From an uncultured Alphaproteobacteria bacterium (GTDB lineage Bacteria > Pseudomonadota > Alphaproteobacteria > SP197): a stretch of 64,000 bases of DNA. Location of the stretch: contig CALSLK010000021.1 in assembly GCA_943787175.1 (NCBI GenBank), positions 9,482-73,481 of the forward strand, written 5' to 3'. Of the stretch, positions 52,159 to 61,004 are shown one piece after another. The translations under genes were made by a program, and so were the position numbers. Within the stretch, counting starts at the first letter, position 1. Every line of letters starts with the position of its first letter. Below the pieces are notes generated by a model. It ran no database searches, was not told the origin of the DNA, and worked only from the letters and a program-made list of their open reading frames with translations.

Positions 52159-53325
52159 CTACTCCGCTGCCTGTGCGACAGGCGGCGGACCACCTTCCAG
52201 TGCCTGCATGACCAGCATGTGAAAGTGATGCACGGCGTGTTCGCTGATATGCGTGCGGTCGCGGTCAACGATGAAGCGACCGCGATCATAGCCGCGTGAC
52301 TTCAACCCCTGGTGCACGCTCTCGCACAGCGCAATGTCTTCGGGCTGGAGAACGTCGATGGTGTAATCGATGGCTGACTGCGACTGCTCCGCTCAGCTTC
52401 GCCACCCAAGCGCGTGCCAGTGCAGGTGTTCCAGGCAGCCCTTCAGGGCCGTCCGGCATCATCTGCAGGGTCATCAGGTTGGGCTCGCCCGGCATCAGCC
52501 AGATCGTCAGGTTGGGCCAGACGAAGTACCCGGCGTACCCGAAATCGACGTCGCCCGGCTCGAAAGTCATAGGCCGTATTCTGGTTCGAGTGCGGCATGT
52601 CGGAGGTCTGGGCTGACCAGTACTGATGCGTCTTGTTGCGATAGGTCGGCATCGCCACCAGGTCAACGAAGGCCGGGTGGGCCGGTTCGCAGTGGTAACA
52701 CTCCTGGAAGTTGTCGATCACGACCTTCCAGTTGGCCTTGAGATGAAAGTCGCGCCCGACGGCAAACCCAAGCTGCCCCGCGCGCGGCATCCAGCGCAGG
52801 ATGTCGTCCTCAAGCCCCGCGTACTGCTCGGCAAAGGCCGGCGCATCGGCATCGAGGTTGACGAAGACCAGGCCCAGCATGGTGTCGACCCGGACCTGCT
52901 TGAGGCCGAACTCGGATTTGTCGAAGCCATCCACGTTTTCGCAGCCCCGCGCGGTGCGCAGCTTGCCGTCGAAGTCATAGGCCCAGGCGTGATAGGGGCA
53001 GACCATGGTGAGTTTGAGCTTGCCCTCGCCCGAGAGGATGCGGTGCGCCCGGTGCTGGCAGACGTTGTAGAACGCCCGGACGTTCTCCATCGCGGCCACG
53101 CACCAGCGCAATGCTCTCGTCGGCCAGTTCAACGGTCTTGTAGCTGCCCGGTTCGGCAACCTGGCTTTCGTGGCCGACGAAGATCCACGACTTCGCGAAG
53201 ATGGCGTCCTGCTCCTCGGCATAGATCGCCGGATCCGAATAGTAGCGTGATGCCATCGTGTAGGACTTTGACGGGTCATCATGCAGGCCACCGGGCAACG
53301 GGCCATAGAGCTTTTCAGAACGCAT
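52159..53325 (-). CDS. Rieske oxygenase alpha subunit (CntA/YeaW-like), several frameshifts
   Basis: Pieced across frames: NVCQHRAH...CPYHAW, NWKVVIDNFQECYHCEPAH, WPN, EDIALCESVHQGLKSRGY, EHAVHHFH. Confidence 0.85.
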
Positions 53326-53403
53326 CACGGGCACTCCTAGGGTTCGCCAACAACGTAGGATTCCAGGGATTTGCGAACAACCGACATTGCTGTGGTCAAA
53401 CCC

Positions 53404-53416
53404 TTACAAAAACTCA
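53404..53416. promoter_or_regulatory. Possible LysR T-N11-A box
   Basis: TTACAAAAACTCA in the divergent intergenic region just before the LysR start. Confidence 0.35.
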
Positions 53417-53427
53417 ATAATTGAGAA

Positions 53428-54332
53428 ATGTCAGAGCGCCTACCCTCCCTCAACGCCCTGCGTGCCTTCGAGGCCGTTTCCCGTCACGGTTCCATCGCGC
53501 GGGCCGCCGACGCGCTGAACGTGACCGCAGGTGCCGTGAGCCGCATGATCAAGACCCTCGAGGATGACCTGGGCGTACGCCTCCTGGAGCGTGAAGGCCG
53601 TGGCATCGCCCTCACACCAGCCGCTCAGGCCATGGTTCCCAGGCTACAGGCAGGCTTCAATGAGATGCGTGGAGCAATCGCAAGTTTGCGCAAGACAAGC
53701 GGAGAACGCCCGCTCTCGGTCGCCGTCGAGCCTGTATTCGCGTCAGGGTGGCTGGTCTCGCGCCTGGACAGCTTTCGCCAGGTCGCGCCCTCCATCGATG
53801 TCCGGATCGACGCAACCCGTGCGGAACCGAGTCTGTCAGACCGGACAATCGATATCGCAATCGATACGGGTTTGCCGATCATCTCGAAACCGATCAGGTC
53901 AAGCTGATCGACGAGGATATCTTTGCGGTGTGCAGCCCCGAAACCCTCGACCGGCATGGCCCGATCCGTTCCCTGGACGACCTCGCGAACCATACGCTTC
54001 TCCATTACGAAGATGCGCCACAAAGCTGGATGTGGCCGTCCTGGCAGGATTGGCTTGAGGAGCTTGGCGTCACGGGACTCGATGCATCACGCGGCCTGCG
54101 CATGGTGGCCGGTCAGGCAATCATGGAGGCAGCGCGAAGCGGTCAGGGCATTGCCCTGGCCAACACGTCCATCGCAAGGGATGACCTCGCCACTGGTCGT
54201 CTGGTGCAACCCCACCCGGCCAGAATCCAGACAGACGCAGGTTATGTCCTGACTACCCGAAAAGACGACCGGGAGCGGGCCGATATTGCAGCGTTCCGCG
54301 ACTGGCTGGTTGCAGCCATTCGCGTGACCTGA
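53428..54332 (+). CDS. LysR family regulator (GcvA-like), frameshift near 53865
   Basis: LPSLNALRAFEAV, LNVT.GAVSR, DIAI|RYG, EDIFAVCSP, GQGIAL, FRDWL. Confidence 0.9.
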
Positions 54333-54338
54333 ACACAA

Positions 54339-54368
54339 CAGGGGCCCGGGATTAATCCCGGACCCCTG
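54339..54368. terminator. GC-rich hairpin between convergent genes
   Basis: CAGGGGCCCGGGAT-TA-ATCCCGGACCCCTG; no clear U-tract. Confidence 0.55.
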
Positions 54369-54435
54369 CCTGGTGTGTCCTGCGACCGTTCGGAGGCTTG
54401 CGCCTCTTCGTTCGACAGAACCCTGTCAGGAAACC

Positions 54436-54606
54436 TTAGTTGGCGTCGGGGCGCGGACCCGCTCCGTGGCAATATCGTGCCATGTCTGGAATCTGGCAAC
54501 GGTCGATACCCAGATCGTTGAGCTGGCCGTCGGAGAGTCCGTTGAGCTCGCGACGAAGGTTCTTCATCTGCCAGCCGTTGCGGAGCTTGCGAAGGAGTTG
54601 ATTCAT
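54436..54606 (-). CDS. DUF1127 (YjiS-like) small protein
   Basis: RRELNGLSDGQLNDLGIDR..I. Confidence 0.85.
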   Translation of the reverse strand: MNQLLRKLRNGWQMKNLRRELNGLSDGQLNDLGIDRCQIPDMARYCHGAGPRPDAN

Positions 54607-54747
54607 AACCGTATTCCTAGTGACGCCTGACGGCCGCACCATATGCGCGACCCTGTGTCAGCCAGATAGCGTTGGCGCACGCATTGCGCCAACGTCATGA
54701 ACGCGGAACACCCATACCGAAACTGCATGGGTGCGGCCACGCATCGG

Positions 54748-56829
54748 TCATGATTTCAAAAGCGTAATCAAGGCGTCCACGGCGGTCACGCCCTTCTGGT
54801 GCACCAGAAGTGGATTGACGTCACATTCCCCGATCAGGTCACCCAGAGCCGCGACCATCTGGGAAAGGTCCGAAATCGTCTGTGACAAGGCCTCGCGATC
54901 CCCGGCAGGGCGCCCACGGACGCCATCCAGAAGGGCTGACGCACGCAGGGTCCGCACCAGGGCATCCGCCTCGTCGGGGGAAACCGGCGGAACGAAGGTG
55001 ACAGCATCATTGAGAACCTCGACCAGCACCCCGCCCATGGCGACAGTCATGACCGGGCCAAAGGTTACATCGTTCTTCATGCCGACCAGCATCTCGATGC
55101 CAGACTGTGCGGTTTCCTGCACCAGGACACGGGGACCAAGGGCTTTCGACATCGTCTGGTAAGCCGCAAGCAACGCCGTCTCATCGCCAAGTCCCAGAAC
55201 GACGCCACCCACATCGGTCTTGTGCAGGACCTTGGGATCCGCCGTCTTGAGCGCCGCGGGATAACCGGTCTCGCGCGCCGCCGCAGCAACCTCTTGGGCG
55301 GACTCGGCAACGATGCTTTGCGTGCACCATCGCTCCGAAATCTGCGATCAGCGCCAGCATGGCCTCGGGCGCAAGGTCTCCGGACGTCAGTCTGGAGCGC
55401 CAGGTCTCCACCAGAGCCTTGTCGAGGTCGCTCTTGTATTCATGGCTTTCCATGCGCCGCTTGTGCCAGGCCAGAAAGTGCCCCATGGCCTTCAGCCCGG
55501 TTTCGGTTCCCATCAGGACGGGAATGCTCCTTCTCACGCAGCCGGGCCGCTTCGCCGGGATCGATCGTCGAGGTCAGGTTGCCCAGCATGACACAGGGTT
55601 TGTCCGTGCTGTCGTGCACGGCTTCCAGCGCCTCGGTCGAGGCAAACAGAATCACGCGGTTCGACACCATGTTGGTGGCAAAGGCCACCAGGCCCACTTC
55701 CGGCGCATCACCCAGAATGCGCGTAATTTTGGGAGTGACGGCAAGGCCGCCCTCCCCCCAATAATCGACGGGGTTTTCCGGATCCAGGCCCGGATCGAGC
55801 ACCTCGGCCAGGGCCGCTCTTGTTCCGGCGCTGAAGTTCGTCAGCAGAACGCCGAAATCAGACGCAAGATCGGTGATCAACTGGCGCTCACCACCGGAAT
55901 CCGTCTGGATACCGACGGAATCGGCTGCCGGCGTACGCCCGCACGACACCAGTTCCAGCGTGTCGAGCATCTCATCGAGCGTGTGGACGCCAATGACGTT
56001 GTGACGGCGGAAGACGGCTTCATAGACCCGGTCATCCCCGGCCAGCGCACCGCTGTGGGAAAGCGCGAACTCCCGCGCCTTGTCGGAACGTCCCAGCTTT
56101 AACCCGACAACAGGGATGCCTCTGGTGTTGGCCGCCTCAATCGCTCCAAGGAACTGCTCACCGTCACGGACGGTCTCGAGCACCATGGCGATCGCCGAGG
56201 TCTCGGGACGTGAGACCAGATACTCGACATAGTCCCCGACACCCGTGGCAAGCTCGAAGCCCATGGAGACGCCGATGCTGAAACGCATCTGGCGCAGATT
56301 GCCGCCCATGCCCGACCAGGTTGAACCACTGTGTGAAAGCAGACCGATGCTTCCCGGGATATCCAGGTTTGGCAGATCCGACATGGAAAGCCGAACGTCA
56401 TCGGCCGTGTTGAAGAAGCCCATGCAGTTTCCGCCACAGACCGCCATGCCCGCTTCCCGCGCGATGGCACCGACCCGCGCGCGCAAGGCAACCCCGTCGT
56501 CCTCCGGCTCATAAAGACGTCCGAGAAGTACCATGCCCTTCACGCCGGCACGGGCGGCATCTTCAACGGCCGCCTCGATCCGGTTGTCGCCTACGGCCAT
56601 CACAGCGCAGTCAGGAGTTTCGGGGATTGCTTCCAGGGACGCAAAGCAGGTGCGCCCCTCGACCTCCTCGTAACCGGGGTTTACGGCAACAAGATCGCCG
56701 GAAAACCGTGGCCCGGCAGCATGGCGGATCACGTTGTTGCCGACCGCGCCAGACCTGGGCGTGGCCCCCCACGATCGCCACGCGTCTGGGCGCCAAAAGC
56801 GCCGTCATTGCCTCTTTGGCCACCGTCAT
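54748..56829 (-). CDS. Acetate/acyl-CoA ligase (ADP-forming) family, at least 3 frameshifts
   Basis: LLAPRRVAIVGA, VNP, GGNCMG, SHSGALAG, ENPVD, HKTDVGGV, FGPV, DVNPL, AVDA across frames. Confidence 0.87.
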
Positions 56830-56908
56830 GCTCTACATCCCGGGAAAACTGAACTAGAAGGCAGGCATGGAAGCCATGTGACACCACATGGTCAAGGGCC
56901 AGAAGCGC

Positions 56909-57655
56909 ATGACGGGCACTTTGTTTCTGATCGGCACGCCGATCGGCAATCTCGACGACATCTCCAAGCGGGTTCTCGACACCCTGGGTTCGCTGGATGC
57001 GCTTGGCGTGCGAGGACACCACGACGTACGCGCAAGATCTATGAACACTTTCAGTCTCTCGAGTCCGCGCACCATCTTCTCCTGCAACGACCACAACGAG
57101 GACCGCGCCGTTTCGCGCATGGCTGGGCCTGTTGCGCCAGGGCTTGCGGGTGGGCCTCGCCACCGATGCAGGCATGCCCGGCATCAGCGACCCCGGCTTC
57201 CGCGCCGTCCAGATGGCCGAGGAAGAGGGATTTGCCGTCGAGGTGATCCCCGGCCCCACGGCCGTGGCCTCCGCCCTGGCCGTTTCCGGCCTTTCGGCCG
57301 CCAGCTACACCTTCAAGGGCTTTCCTCCGCGCAAATCCGGCAAGCGCCGCAACTTCCTGGCCGCCGATGCCCACGCCGACCACACCCTGGTGCTGTTTGA
57401 GTCGCCCCACCGCCTGGGCGCGCTCCTGGCCGATGCCCTGGCCGTGCTGGGTGACCGGCGCACGGCGGTCTGCATTGAACTGACCAAGATGTATCAGGAA
57501 ACCGCGCGCGGCTGGCTCTCCGACCTCGCCAACCGCTTTGCCCAGGAAGAGCCCAAGGGCGAAGTCACGGTCGTGATCGCCGGCAACAACCGCAAGTTCA
57601 TGCGCGAAACACCGGTCGAGGACGAAACCGCTCCTGGCTTGAAGACGACGCATGA
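56909..57655 (+). CDS. rsmI: 16S rRNA C1402 2'-O-methyltransferase RsmI-like, several frameshifts
   Basis: GTPIGNLDDIS, ACEDT.RT, DAGMPGISDPG, IPGPTA, ESPHRL, ELTK, KGEV; probable stop TGA 57653-57655 overlapping the next ATG (needs one more indel). Confidence 0.87.
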
Positions 57656-58743
57656 TCAGGACGCTCAAGACCCGCCGCGGCCCCCTGCAGCTCCCGGCCT
57701 TCCTGCCGGACGGCACACGCGCCGTGGTGAAGGGCCTGGACGCGGCCGACCTCGCCCAATGCGGGATCGAGGCCATGATGGTCAACAGCCTCCATCTCGC
57801 CACGCGGCCCGGCACCTCGACCGTCAAGGCGCTGGGCGGCGTGCATGCCTTCATGGGCTGGAAGGGCGTCACGGCCTCGGACTCCGGCGGCTTTCAGGCC
57901 TGGTCCATGGCCGCCTCCGGCGCCGGACTTGGGCAGCGTGACGGACAAGGGTTTTGTCTATCGCCATGAAAAGAATGGCAAAAAGCACCTCCTGACGCCC
58001 GAGAAGTGCATCCGGCGCCAGCTTGAGCTCGATACCGACATCCTGTTCTGTCTGGATCAGTGCACCCATCCCGATGATTCCCCCGAAACCCAGCGTGATA
58101 GCGTGGAACGCAGCCTTGCCTGGGCGCGCCGCTGCCGTGACGAGTTTACGCAGCGCGGGTCGGTGAACCCGGTGACGGGGACGGCACCAACCGCCCCCTC
58201 CTGTTTGCCGTCGTGCAGGGAGGCAACGATCCCGATTTGCGGCGGCGTTGTGCCGATGAACTGGCTGCTATGGGCTTTGACGGTTTCGGCTTTGGCGGCT
58301 GGCCCATCGGTGATGATGGCAAGCTGACCGATATGGTTGCTTTGACGGCTGAATGTCTGCCAACCCAAGCGCCCAAACACGCCCTGGGGATTGGAAAACC
58401 CGACAATCTGGTAGCAGCATGGCGTGCAGGTTACCGCATGTTCGATTGCGCTTTGCCAACTCGGGATGCGCGCAGAAAGCGTTTATTCATTACATCAGAT
58501 ATTTCGTTTAATAGTGCGAATAATAAGAGTTTTTTTGACGTACTTTATATGGAAGATGAACGCCATTCACGCGATAGCGCGCCGCTTGACGGCAGGATTG
58601 ATCCCGATGGTCCCTCACGCGCCTATCTGCATCACCTGTTCAAGGTGAAGGATTCCTCGGCCGAGCGATTGGCAACACGCCAGAACCTCAAATTCTACGC
58701 CTGGATGATTGAGCGCCTGCGCGAGGAAGAGGCTGATGGCTGA
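57652..58743 (+). CDS. tgt: tRNA-guanine transglycosylase-like protein, two frameshifts (near 57931 and 58160-58190)
   Basis: PAFLPDGT, NSLHL..RPG, DSGGFQ, LTPE, LDQC, RSLAWA, VVQGG, GGW, LGIG, FDCALPTRDAR, SRAYLHHL. Confidence 0.88.
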
Positions 58744-59539
58744 TCCTCGCGAGACGCTTCTTGCCGGGCTCATGACGTCGTCGAAGTACCGACATTTGGC
58801 TCCCGCAGCCCTGGAACGCACGACCGACTGGGCCCTGGCGCGCCACAGAAAACCTGGCGATGCGCTCAAGGCCGCCAAACGCAAGTTGCACCAGGGATTT
58901 GGCGCCTACTTCGACCCCGGAGCATTGGAGGCCGTGCATCGCTTGCTCGACCAGGCAGATGAGACCACTGACCTTCAGGACCTCTCCACGCGCATCCTGG
59001 CACTCCATAGCTCGAGTGCCGAGCGTTTGCCGGTCATGGACGCGTTTTATACCGCGCTATGGGCTGAAATCGGCACACCTGGGCACATTCTGGACGTTGC
59101 ATCGGGTCTCAACCCCTTCGCGCTTCATGCCATGCATCTACCGCCCGAATGCATCTATACCGCGCTGGAGATCGACAACAGACTGGTCGAAGCCGCCAAC
59201 CGTTTTCTTTTGCTCAGCAACCAGCCAGGCAAGGCAATCTGGGCCGACGTCGTGAGCAGCCTCGATGATTACGATGCCGATGTCGCCCTGGTGCTCAAGA
59301 CCCTGCCTTGCCTTGAGCAGGAACAATCGGGCGCAGCCATTGACCTGCTCAAAGCCCTCGCGGGCACTCCCATCATCGTGGTGAGCTACCCCGTGCGTTC
59401 ACTGGGCGGCCGGGAAAAGGGCATGCGCGAGACCTATCTGGAGCAGATCACCACATTATCGGCACAAATCAGCCGTACCATGACGGTTCTACCCATTGAG
59501 GACGAATTGGTGACAGTCCTGCGGCACGCGCCATTGTGA
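58736..59539 (+). CDS. 16S rRNA (guanine-1405-N7) methyltransferase, ArmA/Rmt/Sgm (FmrO) family
   Basis: SSKYR, KRKLHQGFGAY, LHSSSAERLP, LDVASGLNP, DVALVLKTLPCLE, VVSYPVRSLGGREKGM...Y, ELV; intact 267 aa. Confidence 0.9.
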   Translation: MADPRETLLAGLMTSSKYRHLAPAALERTTDWALARHRKPGDALKAAKRKLHQGFGAYFDPGALEAVHRLLDQADETTDLQDLSTRILALHSSSAERLPVMDAFYTALWAEIGTPGHILDVASGLNPFALHAMHLPPECIYTALEIDNRLVEAANRFLLLSNQPGKAIWADVVSSLDDYDADVALVLKTLPCLEQEQSGAAIDLLKALAGTPIIVVSYPVRSLGGREKGMRETYLEQITTLSAQISRTMTVLPIEDELVTVLRHAPL

Positions 59540-59597
59540 TCGATCCCGGCTTGGCGGTCCTATTGGTGATGTTGCATAATGGCTCCAACAAACTGAA

Positions 59598-60173
59598 ATG
59601 CGGAGAAACACGGTGAAGCGATTCCTTGCAGCAGCATTCGTTCTGGCCCCCGGATTGGCTTTTGCCGACCTTGCCGGTAGCCCATTGGTCATGAATGGCG
59701 ACACCCTACAGTTTGGTGACCAGGAAGTGTCTCTCTACGGCGTTCACGCGCCGATGATTACGCAAACCTGCGGCGAATCCGATGCCGTGTGGTCTTGTGG
59801 CTGGGATGCCGCCATGTATCTCGAAGAGGTCATCGGCGAGGCCGAGGTGGTTTGCACTGATGTCACCGAAATGGATGAAGACCACTACACGGGCCGCTGC
59901 AGCGCCAACGGCGAAGATCTTGCCGGGATCATGGTCGATGCTGGCTTGGCCGTTGCGGATGAGGACATGGGTGAAGATTACGCCTCGCGCACCATGACGG
60001 CCTCCGATGACGGCGTCGGCATGTGGTCGGGCCCGTTCGTGGACCCCGTCGTCTATGCCGAGTACGGCGGCTGCTCCTGCACGGCACGCAAGAAGGCGAT
60101 GATGGATACCGCTGACCTGATCAAATCCATGAACGCGGAAAACGAGGCGACTGCGGGCGAAACGGCTGACTAG
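59598..60173 (+). CDS. Exported thermonuclease (SNase)-fold protein, degenerate active site
   Basis: Signal peptide, GDTL, LYGV.AP..Q.C.....W.CG, G.DL...MV..GLA, GMWSG.F..P. Confidence 0.75.
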   Translation: MRRNTVKRFLAAAFVLAPGLAFADLAGSPLVMNGDTLQFGDQEVSLYGVHAPMITQTCGESDAVWSCGWDAAMYLEEVIGEAEVVCTDVTEMDEDHYTGRCSANGEDLAGIMVDAGLAVADEDMGEDYASRTMTASDDGVGMWSGPFVDPVVYAEYGGCSCTARKKAMMDTADLIKSMNAENEATAGETAD

Positions 60174-60189
60174 CCTGTCAGGCCAACGC

Positions 60190-60960
60190 ATGGATGATTG
60201 GACGCTCGAAAACCGTGTTGCGGTCGTCACTGGTGCGAGCAGCGGCATAGGTGCTGCGACAGCGCAATTGCTGAAGAAGCGCGGCGCTCACGTACTGGCC
60301 ATCGCCCGCAATGCTGAACGTCTTGAAGCCCTGCGCGACAGTTCCGGCGTGGACATTCTGGCACTGGCCCTTGGGTCACCCCGATCCTGCGAAACAGCCA
60401 TGGCCCAGGCACGCAAGGAGGGGCCGGTTGCGATCTTGGTAAATTGCGCCGGGCGGGGCGGCTATCTCGATCGACCAATTTGGGAGCAGACCAGCGAAAA
60501 CTGGCGCGCCACCCAGGAAACCAATCTAGACGTGCCCTTCGAGCTGACCAAACTCGCCGCCCAGGATATTCACCGCCAAGGATGGGGTCGCGTCGTGATG
60601 ATCAGCTCCACGGCAGGCGAAGTTGGCGCGCCTTCCCAACCAGCTTACTGCGCCTCCAAACACGGCATCATCGGCCTGATGCGCGCGACAGCCATGGACC
60701 TTGCGCCACATGGCGGAACCTGCAACGCGGTTCTGCCAGGTTGGGTAAGGACGGAAATGGCGGAACAGGACGCCATTGCTGAAGCCAATACCCGCGACAT
60801 GACCCCCGAAGAGGTCTGGATAGAGCGTGATGCGCAAAGCCCTGCCGGAAGAGTTGCAAGGGCCGAAGAGGTCGCTCAAATGGTCGCCTTTTTAGCCAGC
60901 CCGGCTGCCAGCGCCGTCAACGCACAGACAATCACCGTCTCCATGGGAAGTGTCTGGTAG
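60190..60960 (+). CDS. SDR family oxidoreductase
   Basis: TGASSGIG, VNCAG, SS, YCASK, PGWVRT. Confidence 0.93.
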   Translation: MDDWTLENRVAVVTGASSGIGAATAQLLKKRGAHVLAIARNAERLEALRDSSGVDILALALGSPRSCETAMAQARKEGPVAILVNCAGRGGYLDRPIWEQTSENWRATQETNLDVPFELTKLAAQDIHRQGWGRVVMISSTAGEVGAPSQPAYCASKHGIIGLMRATAMDLAPHGGTCNAVLPGWVRTEMAEQDAIAEANTRDMTPEEVWIERDAQSPAGRVARAEEVAQMVAFLASPAASAVNAQTITVSMGSVW

Positions 60961-61004
60961 GCTCCAACTCCCAAGACGCGTCATCAATCGAAAGCAGCCT
61001 CGCC

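Noticed and set aside
57132-57941. RsmI with a long C-terminal extension or an RsmI-TGT fusion
   Set aside because: The extension is low-complexity out-of-frame read-through over tgt. The tgt frame has a TGA at 57640, and a one-base correction gives a natural LEDDA-stop overlapping the tgt ATG.
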